Below the pieces are notes generated by a model. The model was not told the DNA's origin and made no database searches. It worked only from the letters and a program-made list of their open reading frames with translations. A stretch of 64,000 bases of DNA from an uncultured Acidobacteriota bacterium (GTDB taxonomy: Bacteria > Acidobacteriota > UBA6911 > RPQK01 > JAPXNP01). Where the stretch lies: NCBI GenBank assembly GCA_963777605.1, contig CAVZRV010000007.1, positions 1 to 64,000 of the forward strand. The letters are read 5' to 3'. A program made the translations under genes and the position numbers. How positions within the stretch are numbered: position 1 is the first letter of the stretch; every line of letters starts with the position of its first letter. Shown one piece after another: positions 8,288-18,825 of the stretch.

Positions 8288-9247
8288 TCATCCCTGCGGG
8301 TTCTCGGGCACCAGGGTATCAATGTAAGCCGCAGCGTCGAAGGGAAGCAGGTCCTGGGCTTTCTCCCCAACTCCGATAAACCGGATCGGAATGTTGAGTT
8401 CCTTCGCGATTGCCACCAGGATTCCGCCTTTTGCCGTACCGTCGAGCTTGGTCACGATCAAACCGGTGACGCCGGAGGCCTTGAGAAATTCCCTGGCCTG
8501 GACGAGGCCATTCTGGCCCGTCGTCGCATCAAGCACGAGATAGACTTCATGCGGAGCGCCTTCGACTTCCCGGGAGGCCACCCGCGTCATTTTGTCGAGT
8601 TCCTGCATGAGATTGCTCTTAGTGTGGATGCGTCCGGCGGTATCGACGATAACAAAGTCGATGGATCGCCCCCTCGCCGCCGCAATGGCATCGTACAAAA
8701 CCGCCGCCGGATCGGCTCCGGCACTCTGGCGGACAAGTTCGCTCTCGCTCCGATCGGCCCAGATCTCCAGCTGTTCGATCGCGGCAGCCCGAAAAGTGTC
8801 CGACGCTGAAAGGAGGACCGTCCTCCCCTGAGAACGGTAGACAGTCGCCAGCTTTCCGATCGTTGTGGTCTTTCCGACACCGTTCACTCCGACGACGAAA
8901 ATGATCTGAGGGCTCCCTGCGGGATCATGTCCATCTAGTTCTTCAGTCTCACCCAGGATCTTGAGCAACTCCGAACGAATCAGCCGGCGGACCTGGAAGC
9001 TGGTCAAAAAACGGTTTCCCGTCGTGGCCTCGCGAATCTGATCCAAAACATGCTGGGTTGTCTGAACCCCGATGTCCGCGCTCAGCAGAGCCTCTTCCAG
9101 GTCATCGATCTGCGCTTCCGTGATCGGGCTGTCGCCCTTTCCGGTCATCTGGCCGAGTTGAAAGGCAATATCTTCCGAAGTGGACTTGAACGCGTCCTTG
9201 AGCCGGGAGAAGTAGCCCTTTTCCTTTCGATAGTTGAATATGCTCAT
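8288..9247 (-). CDS. ftsY: SRP receptor FtsY (NG domain only)
   Basis: GVNGVGKTTT, DTFRAAA, DTAGR, TKLDGTAKGG. Confidence 0.95.
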   Translation of the reverse strand: MSIFNYRKEKGYFSRLKDAFKSTSEDIAFQLGQMTGKGDSPITEAQIDDLEEALLSADIGVQTTQHVLDQIREATTGNRFLTSFQVRRLIRSELLKILGETEELDGHDPAGSPQIIFVVGVNGVGKTTTIGKLATVYRSQGRTVLLSASDTFRAAAIEQLEIWADRSESELVRQSAGADPAAVLYDAIAAARGRSIDFVIVDTAGRIHTKSNLMQELDKMTRVASREVEGAPHEVYLVLDATTGQNGLVQAREFLKASGVTGLIVTKLDGTAKGGILVAIAKELNIPIRFIGVGEKAQDLLPFDAAAYIDTLVPENPQG

Positions 9248-9831
9248 TGTCTTGCCTTCTCGTATTCGTCCTGAATCAGGTCCCAGTCACCCGATTCAGC
9301 TTTCTTGATGTAGTGGGTCAGAAACCCGGTCAGTGTCTTGCACAGGTCCATCGGTTCGTAATCCCCGACCGACTCCATGCGCAACGACGTCGCCTTACCT
9401 TCGAGAATACCCGGAAACTCACTCTGCCGGAGATTGACTCCGACACCCGCGATCACCCATTGGATCCGACTCCCGGAGATCGAAGATTCGACCAGAATGC
9501 CGGCGAGTTTCCGCCCTCCCACGTAGACGTCATTTGGAGCCTTCAACCAGACCGGTACCCGTCCCCGAGTCACCGTCTTCACGGCTTCCAGAACCGCCAG
9601 GCTGACCACCGAATTGAGCAACTCCACCCGGTCGGCCTCCCATCTCGGGAAGAAGAGATAGGAAACGTACAGTCCTTCCCCTCCTGGCGAATACCACTGC
9701 CTCCCCAGGCGGCCTTTCCCGCTGGTCTGCGACTCGGCCACTACCATCCGGGGAATCCGGGTGGACGTGTAGCGCTTGATGAATTCATTGGTGGAATCCA
9801 CCGAGGTCAGTACTTCGACCAGTTCAAACAT
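9244..9831 (-). CDS. birA: Biotin-protein ligase (catalytic domain only)
   Basis: STN, QTSGKGRLGRQWYSP, KAPND, KLAGIL, GVGVNL. Confidence 0.85.
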   Translation of the reverse strand: MFELVEVLTSVDSTNEFIKRYTSTRIPRMVVAESQTSGKGRLGRQWYSPGGEGLYVSYLFFPRWEADRVELLNSVVSLAVLEAVKTVTRGRVPVWLKAPNDVYVGGRKLAGILVESSISGSRIQWVIAGVGVNLRQSEFPGILEGKATSLRMESVGDYEPMDLCKTLTGFLTHYIKKAESGDWDLIQDEYEKARQ

Positions 9832-9839
9832 CGGAAGCG

Positions 9840-12503
9840 TCAGCCTGAGACCGGAAGGCGATTCAGTTTTTCACGGATCTTCTCGATCTTCTCACGAACC
9901 TCACCCTGGCGCTCCCGGGCCTTCGCAACGACTTCGGGCGGTGCCTTACTCACGAACGCGCTGTTGGCCAGCTTCCGGTTTAAGCCGTCGAGTGTGGACT
10001 CGCCCTTCTGGAGTTCTTTGCCGAGCCGCTGCCGCTCAACTTCGATGTCAATTGCGTCATCCAGGACAATGGCGAACTCGGCCAGCCCGGCAACCCCCTG
10101 CAGGAGCATTCGATCCTTGGGGAACTCCGAGACGAAAACCACCTCCGAGGTCCGAGCCAGGTGCTCAATGTGAGCCAGTTGGTCCCGGATGAATCTAGCC
10201 TCGTGCTCCGGACAGTGAACCATCACCGGGAGCCGCTTGCGCGGATCCAGGTTGTTCTCGGCCCGGGCCGTCCTGATAGAGGAGATGAATTCCTGTAGGC
10301 GAACCATCGCTTCCGTCGCCGCAGGGTCAACCCACCCGGCCTGGGTAACTGGATAGGGCCGCAGCATGATGCTCTCGCCGATCCGAGGGACCTGCTGCCA
10401 GATCTCCTCGGTAATGAAGGGGATGAACGGGTGAAGGAGACGGAGTGAACTTTCCAGCACGTAACAGGCGATTTTCTGGGCGGAGAGCTTGCGTTCCGGA
10501 TCGTCCGAAGTGAAGTCACCCTTGATCAGTTCAATGTACCAGTCGCAGAATTCGCCCCAGAAGAAGTGGTAGAGGCGGTTGCTGGCCTCGTGGACGAAGA
10601 ATTTGTCCAGGTCGGCCCTGGTCGCGTCAATAATCTCCTGGAGTCGGGAGAGGATCCAACGATGCTGGAGGCCGATGCCGGGCGACCGCAGCGCCTCTTC
10701 GACTTCGGCCGGCGTAACGGGTTCGGTGATTTCCAGATTCATAAGCAGGAAGCGGGCAGCGTTCCAGATCTTATTGCAGAAAGCCCGGTAGCCCGCCATC
10801 CGGCTCAGCGAGAACGGAATGTCGGTACCGGGGACAGCCATCACCGAGAGCGTAAAGCGAACTGCATCAGTCCCGAACTCGTCGATGATCTCGAGGGGAT
10901 CGATGATGTTCCCTCTCGACTTCGACATCTTGTTCCCGTGTTCGTCCCGAACCAGGCCGTTGATGTAGACCCGTTTGAACGGCACATCTTCCTTGAACCG
11001 GAGCCCCATCATCAGCATCCGGGCAACCCAGAAAAAGATGATGTCAAAACCGGTCACGAGTGCACTCGTCGGGTAGTAGACCTCCTGTTCGCAGCTCTTT
11101 TCCGGCCAACCCAACGTCGAGAAAGGCCAGAGGCCGGAACTGAACCAGGTATCCAGCACGTCGGTCTCCTGCTGAAGGGCGTCCGAACCGCAGTTCGGGC
11201 AGTTCGCCGGGTCCTCGCGGGTGACCAGGGTCTCCCCACAGGCGCCACAATACCAGGCAGGGATTCTGTGCCCCCACCAAAGCTGCCGGCTGATGCACCA
11301 GTCGTGAATGTTGTACATCCACTCGTAAAACACACGCTCGAAATTGCGCGGCACGAACACCGTTTCTCCGGATTCGACCGCCTTGATCGCCGGTTCGGCA
11401 AGCGGCTTGACTCGAACGAACCACTGGTTGGACACCAGGGGCTCAACGACCGTGTGACAGCGCTGGCAGTGGCCAACATTGTGGTTGTGCTTTTCGATCT
11501 TCTCCAGCAGGCCCAGGGCTTCGAGATCCTTGACGATGGCCTTTCGAGCCTCGTATCGATCGAGACCCTGGTAACGCCCGGCCTGCGCCGTCATCTGCCC
11601 CTGGTCCCCGATAACCTTTAGAATCGGCAACCGGTGACGCTGGCCGGCATCAAAGTCGGCCGGATCATGACCCGGCGTCACCTTGACAACCCCAGTCCCG
11701 AATTCCGACTCTACGAAGGTATCCTGAATCACGGGGATCTCCCGATCCATCAGAGGAAGAAGCACCGTCTTTCCGACCAGCCACTGGTAGCGTTCATCGG
11801 CTGGATGGACGGCAACTGCCGTGTCCCCCAGCATCGTCTCAGGGCGGGTTGTTGCCACCACGACAAAACGGTCCGAGCCCTTGATCGGATAGCGGATGTG
11901 CCAGAGGGCACCCTGCGCCGGCTCATACTCCACCTCCAGGTCCGAGATGGCCGTCACACAACGGGGGCACCAGTTCACAAGGTACTCACCCCGATAGATC
12001 AGCCCGTCTTCGTAGAGGCGAACAAACACCTCCCGAACGGCCTTCGAGAGACCTTCGTCCATCGTGAACCGCTTCCGGCTCCAGTCACACGAGCAGCCCA
12101 GCCTGCGAATCTGCCGAAGAATGTTCGCCTCCGACTTCTCTTTCCATTCCCAGACGATCGCCTCAAATTCCGCCCGGCTGTAGTCAGTCCGCTTCTCGTC
12201 CTTGAGGGCCAGCTGCCGCTCGACGACGTTCTGGGTCGCGATACCGGCATGGTCCGTTCCAGGCACCCAGAGGACCGAGTGGCCATCCATTCGTTTCCAT
12301 CGCGCCAGAATGTCCTGCAGCGTGATGTTCAAGGCGTGCCCCATGTGGAGCGAACCGGTGACATTGGGAGGCGGCAGTACCATCGAGAATGGAGGCAATC
12401 CAGAACCGGGATCCGCTACAAAGAAGCCCTGTTCCTCCCACCACCGATAGATCCGTTCCTCGGTTCCACTCGGCTCGTACGTCTTGGGAATCTCTCGACC
12501 CAC
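9840..12503 (-). CDS. valS: Valine-tRNA ligase
   Basis: [20 protein letters not shown] and a C-terminal coiled coil. GTG start after AAGGAG. Confidence 0.97.
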   Translation of the reverse strand: MGREIPKTYEPSGTEERIYRWWEEQGFFVADPGSGLPPFSMVLPPPNVTGSLHMGHALNITLQDILARWKRMDGHSVLWVPGTDHAGIATQNVVERQLALKDEKRTDYSRAEFEAIVWEWKEKSEANILRQIRRLGCSCDWSRKRFTMDEGLSKAVREVFVRLYEDGLIYRGEYLVNWCPRCVTAISDLEVEYEPAQGALWHIRYPIKGSDRFVVVATTRPETMLGDTAVAVHPADERYQWLVGKTVLLPLMDREIPVIQDTFVESEFGTGVVKVTPGHDPADFDAGQRHRLPILKVIGDQGQMTAQAGRYQGLDRYEARKAIVKDLEALGLLEKIEKHNHNVGHCQRCHTVVEPLVSNQWFVRVKPLAEPAIKAVESGETVFVPRNFERVFYEWMYNIHDWCISRQLWWGHRIPAWYCGACGETLVTREDPANCPNCGSDALQQETDVLDTWFSSGLWPFSTLGWPEKSCEQEVYYPTSALVTGFDIIFFWVARMLMMGLRFKEDVPFKRVYINGLVRDEHGNKMSKSRGNIIDPLEIIDEFGTDAVRFTLSVMAVPGTDIPFSLSRMAGYRAFCNKIWNAARFLLMNLEITEPVTPAEVEEALRSPGIGLQHRWILSRLQEIIDATRADLDKFFVHEASNRLYHFFWGEFCDWYIELIKGDFTSDDPERKLSAQKIACYVLESSLRLLHPFIPFITEEIWQQVPRIGESIMLRPYPVTQAGWVDPAATEAMVRLQEFISSIRTARAENNLDPRKRLPVMVHCPEHEARFIRDQLAHIEHLARTSEVVFVSEFPKDRMLLQGVAGLAEFAIVLDDAIDIEVERQRLGKELQKGESTLDGLNRKLANSAFVSKAPPEVVAKARERQGEVREKIEKIREKLNRLPVSG

Positions 12504-12681
12504 CGCTATCTCCTTTACGTGCTGTGGCAAAAGCTGAATTATAGCCCACCGGGTTTATTCGGGATGAACCTCGCCCCGGCCTCGAAGTGGAATCAATTAC
12601 CGGGCCGACGAGGGCAGGGCCAGAACCGAGAGTCTGTTCTGAAACCCTTCCAGAGCCAGGAATCGTCCGCACGAAGCAGCC

Positions 12682-13344
12682 TCAGGAAGGCCGCCGACGG
12701 AGAACTTCTCTCGTTAGGTCAGGAAGCATATCCCTCAAGGTCTGCGGCAACTGCTCCGAGACCGCCCGCAGAATGGCCTGAAACTGTTCGTCACTCAAGG
12801 TCGCCGCAGCCGGACGGTTCCACGCCTGTGCGGCGAGAATCCGGAAACGGGGGCGACACTGTTCCCGAGTCAAATCGAACAGGAACCCCGGTCGATCTAC
12901 TGCACTGACCGGTTCCGGCTGTGAGTCTTCCGGAGGGATGTCCGCGGCGACATCCACGGGTTCTTCCCGGCGGTGCCTCCGGCGCTGTGCCATTTCATCA
13001 ACCATTTCGACCAGATGCGATGTCTCGAAAGGCTTCGTCAAGCTGCCATCCGCACCGGCCCAGGCCATCTGGTCCCCATCAATCGGCTCGAGGGAACCCG
13101 CCAGGAGAATTACCGGGATAGCCGCCGTGTCGAGGTCCCGCTTGAGACGGCGGCAGAACTCGTATCCTCCCCCTCCGGGAAGCCCGACGTCGAGCAGGAC
13201 AACATCGGCGCCGAAGCGCTGCAGGTGGGATTGGGCACTCTCGGCTTCATCGTAACAGTCGAGCTGATAGCGGGCTTCGGACAGGGACAATCGCAGGACT
13301 TTCTGGATCGTCTTACTGTCATCGGCAAGCAGGATTCTGTACAT
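12682..13344 (-). CDS. Response regulator, RomR-like architecture
   Basis: Receiver domain (LADDSKTIQKV, LLDV, TKPF), acidic/Pro linker and helical C-terminus, directly upstream of valS. Confidence 0.7.
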   Translation of the reverse strand: MYRILLADDSKTIQKVLRLSLSEARYQLDCYDEAESAQSHLQRFGADVVLLDVGLPGGGGYEFCRRLKRDLDTAAIPVILLAGSLEPIDGDQMAWAGADGSLTKPFETSHLVEMVDEMAQRRRHRREEPVDVAADIPPEDSQPEPVSAVDRPGFLFDLTREQCRPRFRILAAQAWNRPAAATLSDEQFQAILRAVSEQLPQTLRDMLPDLTREVLRRRPS

Positions 13345-13350
13345 GGCCGC

Positions 13351-14337
13351 CTACTCCTGCGGACTGGGGGGTTCGTCGGGCGGAAACCCACCATCCTGAC
13401 TCATTCGCTTTTCGTCAGCCCGTTTCCGGGCGATCTCATAGATATCAGGCCGTCCCGAAAAGACCTGGACAACGCTGCGAATGGGGTCCATTAGCGAAAA
13501 CGATTCGGTGCGCAGGTTGGCCTGGTGCCTGGCCGCCGCCTGCTGATCCACTTCGGGAACCGGCCGTTCGAGCAGGACCAGTTTCTCCTTAGCGGAATCA
13601 AAGTACGAACTGAAGGGGTACTCGCGCACGATTCTCTCGTAATAGACGGCAGCGTCACTGATCCGGCCGACCTCTTCGTAAGCGACCCCAAGTCGATACA
13701 GAGTGGAGTCCATCATGCTGAACTCGGGGTACTTCTCAACAACCGACTGGTAACGCCCCTCAGCAGCGTTGTAGGACCCTTTCTTGAAGTAGAAATCACC
13801 GATCTCCTGGTCGTGACGGGCGAGTGTTTCCTCAACCTCGCGCAGCGCCTCCCGAGCCGTCGGAATCAGTTCACTATCCGGATAGTTGTCAAGGAACCGC
13901 TTGAACTCGATTTCAGCTTTCTTGGCATTGGTCGGGTCCCTGTCGTAAGGCTTCATGAGCCGGTAGTTGATCGCTGCGATCTTCAACTGGGCATCGTCGG
14001 CCATCTCGTGCGTGGGATAGAAAATGAGAAAGTCCTTATATTGGGCTTCCGCCTGCAAAAGGCTTTCCGTGCCTCCCTCGGAGTAGTACGAATCGGCAAT
14101 CGCCAGAAAGGATGCCGGCGTGTATTCGCTGTCCGGGTAGGTATTGATCAGGGTCTGGAAAGCGAGCCGGGCTTTGATGTACTGGCTCTTCTCCATGTAC
14201 TTCATGCCGTTTTCGAAGAGTTGGGTGTCGGGAGCCGCAGCTCCCTCCTGCAAGCCGGCACTCTTCTGCCCGCAAGAGGTCAGCAAAACCACGGCGAAGA
14301 GAAGCGCTGCACATGTCTTCAGAAAACGCATAGGCAT
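13351..14337 (-). CDS. bamD: Outer membrane protein assembly factor BamD
   Basis: Lipobox LTSC, TPR repeats, RDPTNAKKA..F..F...YPDS. Confidence 0.85.
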   Translation of the reverse strand: MPMRFLKTCAALLFAVVLLTSCGQKSAGLQEGAAAPDTQLFENGMKYMEKSQYIKARLAFQTLINTYPDSEYTPASFLAIADSYYSEGGTESLLQAEAQYKDFLIFYPTHEMADDAQLKIAAINYRLMKPYDRDPTNAKKAEIEFKRFLDNYPDSELIPTAREALREVEETLARHDQEIGDFYFKKGSYNAAEGRYQSVVEKYPEFSMMDSTLYRLGVAYEEVGRISDAAVYYERIVREYPFSSYFDSAKEKLVLLERPVPEVDQQAAARHQANLRTESFSLMDPIRSVVQVFSGRPDIYEIARKRADEKRMSQDGGFPPDEPPSPQE

Positions 14338-14348
14338 ATCTTACCTTT

Positions 14349-15023
14349 TCAGCACCCGTTACTGTACGACTCTGCGGCTGAACGTAGCGTCCTGAATGCC
14401 TGAATCGGGTCCGCCGACCGAAACACCGACGTTCCGGCAACCAGGATGTCCACACCAGCCTCGACCGCCTCCCGGGCATTATCCGGTCCGATTCCGCCGT
14501 CAATCTCAATCAGCGCGCCGGAACCCACGGTCTGCGTCAAATTTTTCAATTTTCTCACTTTCTGGAAGCTAGTTGAAATGAACTCCTGTCCCCCGTAGCC
14601 CGGGTTGACCGACATGATCAGGACCATGTCACACTTGGGCAGAATCTCCTCCAGAAAATAGACCGGCGTGTGGGGGTTCAATACCACGCCCGCCGACACG
14701 CCTCGGCGCTTGAGGCTACTCAGAATCTCGTCCAGATGGACCGCTGCCTCGTAGTGAACCGTAATGGAATTGGCACCGGCATCGGCAAAGCGAACCGCCA
14801 TTGAGTCGGGGTTCGATATCATTAGATGCAGATCGAGGTGTAAATCGGTCACCTTGCGAAGACACTCGACGACGGGCAAACCGATCGTCAGGTTGGGGAC
14901 AAAGTGCCCGTCCATGACGTCGACATGAATCATTTCCGCCCCGGCCTCTTCCATTTGTCGAATGGCCCGCTCCAGATTGGCGAAATCGGCAGCCAGGATC
15001 GAAGGGGCAATTCGAGGCCTCAT
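14349..15023 (-). CDS. rpe: Ribulose-phosphate 3-epimerase
   Basis: IAPSILAADF, HVDVMDGHFVPN, MSVNPGYGGQ, IDGGI. Confidence 0.97.
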   Translation of the reverse strand: MRPRIAPSILAADFANLERAIRQMEEAGAEMIHVDVMDGHFVPNLTIGLPVVECLRKVTDLHLDLHLMISNPDSMAVRFADAGANSITVHYEAAVHLDEILSSLKRRGVSAGVVLNPHTPVYFLEEILPKCDMVLIMSVNPGYGGQEFISTSFQKVRKLKNLTQTVGSGALIEIDGGIGPDNAREAVEAGVDILVAGTSVFRSADPIQAFRTLRSAAESYSNGC

Positions 15024-15763
15024 CGAGCGACCTCCAAATTGACCGTCTGCCCGGCGATGACTGGATAACCCGGTTCCGGGAACTGCCTGGCAATGGATCC
15101 TCTCCGCACACCGGGACTATCCTGGTAGTAGACCTTCCCTTCAAAACCGAGACGATCCAGGATCATAAGTGCTCGGTTCAGGTTCTCACCAGTGAGGTCA
15201 GGCATGACATACTTCTCCTTCAACGCCGTCTCGACCAGGACGTCCACCCGGTCGCTGCCCGGGGCCTGCGCGTCGGACCGCGGCCACTGCGCGACGACCT
15301 GGTCCTTCCCCCCTTCCACGGGAAAATCCGAAACCCGGCCGATCTGGTATCCCTGTTGCTCCAGGAGAAGGCGGGCCGCCCGCAGGGAGTTACCCCGCAA
15401 CTCGGGTACAGGACGGGTTCTGCGCCCCAGGCTCACAATCACCTGAACGTTTCCGTTGAGCTTCGAACGGGTGCCCGGGCCGGGAATCTGGCTGACGATG
15501 GCCCCCTCCGGAATGCTGAGATCATAACGACGACCGGTGACCGACAGGGTGAGCTCAAGTTTCTCGAACAGAGATTCGGCATCGGACAGTGCCATCCCCT
15601 CCAGTGCCGGGGTCTCGATCTCGGTTCCGCGAACCGAAATCCGCATTCCGATGATCATGCTGATCAGGAATACCGTCACAAGGATCGCGCCCAGCAGGCA
15701 AAGCTTGCCCCACCCGAGGAATCGCATCTGAAAACTATTCGGGGATGACCTGCGACGGACCAT
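15020..15763 (-). CDS. Membrane-anchored protein with three PASTA domains, no kinase
   Basis: N-terminal TM, then PALEG, VPELRG and MPDLTG repeats with Q.P.PG motifs. Confidence 0.85.
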   Translation of the reverse strand: MVRRRSSPNSFQMRFLGWGKLCLLGAILVTVFLISMIIGMRISVRGTEIETPALEGMALSDAESLFEKLELTLSVTGRRYDLSIPEGAIVSQIPGPGTRSKLNGNVQVIVSLGRRTRPVPELRGNSLRAARLLLEQQGYQIGRVSDFPVEGGKDQVVAQWPRSDAQAPGSDRVDVLVETALKEKYVMPDLTGENLNRALMILDRLGFEGKVYYQDSPGVRRGSIARQFPEPGYPVIAGQTVNLEVAR

Positions 15764-15792
15764 GTACGACGCCCAAACCTATCATAATTTGC

Positions 15793-17109
15793 CTAGCGAC
15801 GACGAATCCGGGCGGCAAAGAACCCGTCCCCATACGCTTCCCCGGGCAGATTGCGAAAATATCCACCAACAAGCGTCGCCCGGGGCTCGGACTGCAGCAA
15901 CTTCTCGACCACCAACTCATTCTCCTCCGGTTCCGTCGAACAGGTGGAATAGACAACCTCTCCGCCCGGTTTCACTATGGAGAACGCCCGTGTCAGGATC
16001 TGAATCTGTCGCAGTTGAAACCGCTCAAGGTCCGCCTCTTCGACAAACCAGCGAAGGTCGGGGTTGGAACGGATAGTCCCCAGGCCTGAGCAAGGAACAT
16101 CGGCAATGGCGAGATCACAATTCGGAGCCAGCGGAATCGAGGAGGCACTGTCTGCCTGCACCAGCGCCACGTTGGAAATACCGAGCAGTTCGGCTCGTTC
16201 TCGCATTTCCCTCAGCCTATGGTAACTGACGTCGCAACAAACCAACGTATCGGAGCAACTCAGGCGGGATGCCGTCAGAAAGCTCTTGCCCCCCGGGGCG
16301 GCACACAGGTCGGCGACCACTTTGCTCCCGGTGGTTAGGTCGGCCAACCAGGCGACCCGCTGACTGGCCGCATCCATGAAAAAACAATGGCCGGAACGGT
16401 AGAGAGAATGGCGCACGAACCCTCGGGCCTCCAGGCGGACAGAGTTGGGCGAGGAGCCGAGAATTTGATAAACGATTTCGTCCGCCTCGAGTTGCCTGCA
16501 GAATTTCTCGATCGTGGTCTTCTCCGGGTTCACCCAGACGATGGACGGCGGAAATGAGTTGTCCGCGTCCAGGATCGCCCGGGTACGCTCGAGACCATGA
16601 CGGTCAAGCATACGCGAGACCAGCCATTGCGGATGGCTGAAGCGAACGGCCAGCGCTTCCGCGCCGTTCCCCTCAGGAGGTTCGGGCAGGGTTCGGAGGT
16701 AGCCGCGCAAGACCCCGTTTACGAAGGAACGGGAATGAGACCGATTGAGCGCCGGACAGAGCCTGACGGCCTCACTGACCGCCGCATAGTCGGGGACACG
16801 CAGGAAGCGGATCTGGTATACGGTCGCCCGAAGCAGCCAGCGGATCACCGAGTCTACCCTTCCCAGCGGCCTTGCCGTCACCTGTCGCAACCCGGCATCA
16901 ATCAGGGAGAGATTCCTTAACACACCGTCGACGACTTGTCGGCACAATGACTGATCCTGGGAAGACAGGCTCAGGAAAGGTCGCCCCAGGAACTGGACTT
17001 CGAGGGGTACGCCCGAATCAAACCGCTTTCCCAGAATCCTGACTGCCAGGACCCGAGGGCCGGGGTTGGATGGCTGGTTGCGCGGAATCCGACCTCGACG
17101 ACGGCTCAT
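15793..17109 (-). CDS. rsmB: 16S rRNA m5C967 methyltransferase RsmB
   Basis: NusB-like N-terminus (FVNGVLR), DLCAAPGGKS, DVPCSGLG, YSTCS.EPEENE. Confidence 0.92.
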   Translation of the reverse strand: MSRRRGRIPRNQPSNPGPRVLAVRILGKRFDSGVPLEVQFLGRPFLSLSSQDQSLCRQVVDGVLRNLSLIDAGLRQVTARPLGRVDSVIRWLLRATVYQIRFLRVPDYAAVSEAVRLCPALNRSHSRSFVNGVLRGYLRTLPEPPEGNGAEALAVRFSHPQWLVSRMLDRHGLERTRAILDADNSFPPSIVWVNPEKTTIEKFCRQLEADEIVYQILGSSPNSVRLEARGFVRHSLYRSGHCFFMDAASQRVAWLADLTTGSKVVADLCAAPGGKSFLTASRLSCSDTLVCCDVSYHRLREMRERAELLGISNVALVQADSASSIPLAPNCDLAIADVPCSGLGTIRSNPDLRWFVEEADLERFQLRQIQILTRAFSIVKPGGEVVYSTCSTEPEENELVVEKLLQSEPRATLVGGYFRNLPGEAYGDGFFAARIRRR

Positions 17110-17136
17110 GTTAGTTCAAAGGCTGGGCGGTTGGGC

Positions 17137-18072
17137 TCAGGAGAAGCGTTCCCCGATACGCGGCTGCTGACCGTTGACAAAGTCCCGGGCTGAAATCCTG
17201 CTCCGATTCGGCAACTGGACCTCGGAAAGATGGATCGAACCCTCACCGCAAGCGACTTCAACGCCCTTGGGCGGGAATCCAAGAATGGTCCCCGGAGAAC
17301 CGTTTCCCTGCCCGGGAGAACTACACCAGATCTTGATGACTTCACCCTTCCACTTGGCCACAGCGCCCGGCCAGGGATTCATGGCGCGGATCCGGTCATG
17401 AACCTGGCGGGCCGTCTTGCTCCAGTCCAAGCGTCCATCTTCTTTACGGATCCTCGGCGCAACGCTGACTCCGAGTTCGGGCTGCGGAGTCGGCTGAACA
17501 TCCCCGGCAACGTAACGTTTAAGGGTGGGTACCAGCAATTCGGCTCCTTCCCTCGAGAGAATCGTCTCCAGCTCCCCGGCGGTAATTTCCAGAGAGATCG
17601 GGACTTTCTCGATGCTCAAAATGTCCCCGGTGTCCATCCCCGCATCTATCCTCATGATCGTCACCCCGGTTTCCGAATCCCCGTTCAGGATTGAATGGAC
17701 GATTGGGGAGGCACCACGATAGGAGGGGAGGATGGAAGCATGGACATTAATTGAACCGTACCGGGGCAGAGCAAAAAAGTCCGCCGTCAGAATCTGCCCG
17801 AATGCGACGACAACACAGACGTCAGGATCCATTTCCCGAAGACGGAAGACCGCTTCCGGGTTGGCACGAACCTTTTCCGGCTGAAATATCGGGATCCCGG
17901 CAGCCAGGGCGACCTTTTTGACGGGAGGAGGGGTCAGGTGCTGACCTCTTCCGGCAGGTCGATCAGGTTGGGTAAATACTCCCTCGACGGAGACCTGAGG
18001 ATCATCGATCAGCGCCCGAAGCGTCGGGACCGAAAAATCTGGAGTTCCGAGAAAAACTGTTCTAATCACCAC
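17137..18072 (-). CDS. fmt: Methionyl-tRNA formyltransferase
   Basis: FLGTPDFS, TQPDRPAGRG, NVHASILPSYRGASPI. Confidence 0.97.
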   Translation of the reverse strand: MVIRTVFLGTPDFSVPTLRALIDDPQVSVEGVFTQPDRPAGRGQHLTPPPVKKVALAAGIPIFQPEKVRANPEAVFRLREMDPDVCVVVAFGQILTADFFALPRYGSINVHASILPSYRGASPIVHSILNGDSETGVTIMRIDAGMDTGDILSIEKVPISLEITAGELETILSREGAELLVPTLKRYVAGDVQPTPQPELGVSVAPRIRKEDGRLDWSKTARQVHDRIRAMNPWPGAVAKWKGEVIKIWCSSPGQGNGSPGTILGFPPKGVEVACGEGSIHLSEVQLPNRSRISARDFVNGQQPRIGERFS

Positions 18073-18605
18073 TCCCCTGCCCGGATCAGTTTTCGAATCT
18101 TCCGCTTGAGAAGATCTCTCTTCAGCGGCGACACCCGATCCAGATAGAGTATCCCATCGAGGTGGTCGATTTCATGGCAGAGGACTCGAGCCATCAGATC
18201 TTCCCCTTCCACCACGATCGGCTTTCCGTCCAGGTCCTGGGCGTGAACCTTGACTGACCAGGGACGCTCGACCAGTGCCGTCAGGTTTGGCAGGCTGAGG
18301 CAACCTTCTTCCTCCTTCTGCCTGCCCGACCGCTCCACGATCTCGGGGTTGACCAGAACGAGGCATGCTCCCTCAGGGTCGCTGGCCCGCGTGTCAATGA
18401 CGATCAGTCGCACCGTCTCACCCACCTGAGGCGCCGCCAGTCCGATACCCGGGGCAGCGTACATCGTCGCCAACATTTCAGCCGCCAACCGACGCAGGCT
18501 TTCGTCAAATGACTCCACGGGAGGACATTTCTCCTCGAGGACCGGTTCAGGGTACTTTACGATCGTCCTGACCAGCCCGGTATCTACATTCTTCTGACTG
18601 TCCAT
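18066..18605 (-). CDS. def: Peptide deformylase
   Basis: GIGLAAPQVG, EGCLS, HEIDHLDG. Confidence 0.97.
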   Translation of the reverse strand: MDSQKNVDTGLVRTIVKYPEPVLEEKCPPVESFDESLRRLAAEMLATMYAAPGIGLAAPQVGETVRLIVIDTRASDPEGACLVLVNPEIVERSGRQKEEEGCLSLPNLTALVERPWSVKVHAQDLDGKPIVVEGEDLMARVLCHEIDHLDGILYLDRVSPLKRDLLKRKIRKLIRAGEW

Positions 18606-18825
18606 CGCCAACTTTCCCAGACCCCCTCTGCACATCTAGAGATGAACCAATCACCCGTAAAGTTTCTTTATCTGTTGAGGATGAACCCTCCTTACTGCAA
18701 TCTCAACGTCCTTCCGCTAGTATAGATTCTACCGGCTGGGGGAGAGATGTTGGACCAAATCGGCGAAGTGATTCTTTGGTAGAATCGCACAGGTCCAACA
18801 CTGGGGAACGTTCCGCGGGCGAAAC

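Noticed and set aside
6754-8370. Long antisense ORFs (also 10566-11621, 11634-12908, 33894-35219, 46643-47551 and others)
   Set aside because: These are shadow frames of real genes in GC-rich DNA with no recognisable motifs.
8288-9247. FtsY lacking the acidic A domain
   Set aside because: NG-only FtsY is common in bacteria.
12528-12543. valS as a leaderless gene (TATAAT-7nt-TTG)
   Set aside because: A better GTG start with an AAGGAG SD lies at 12503.
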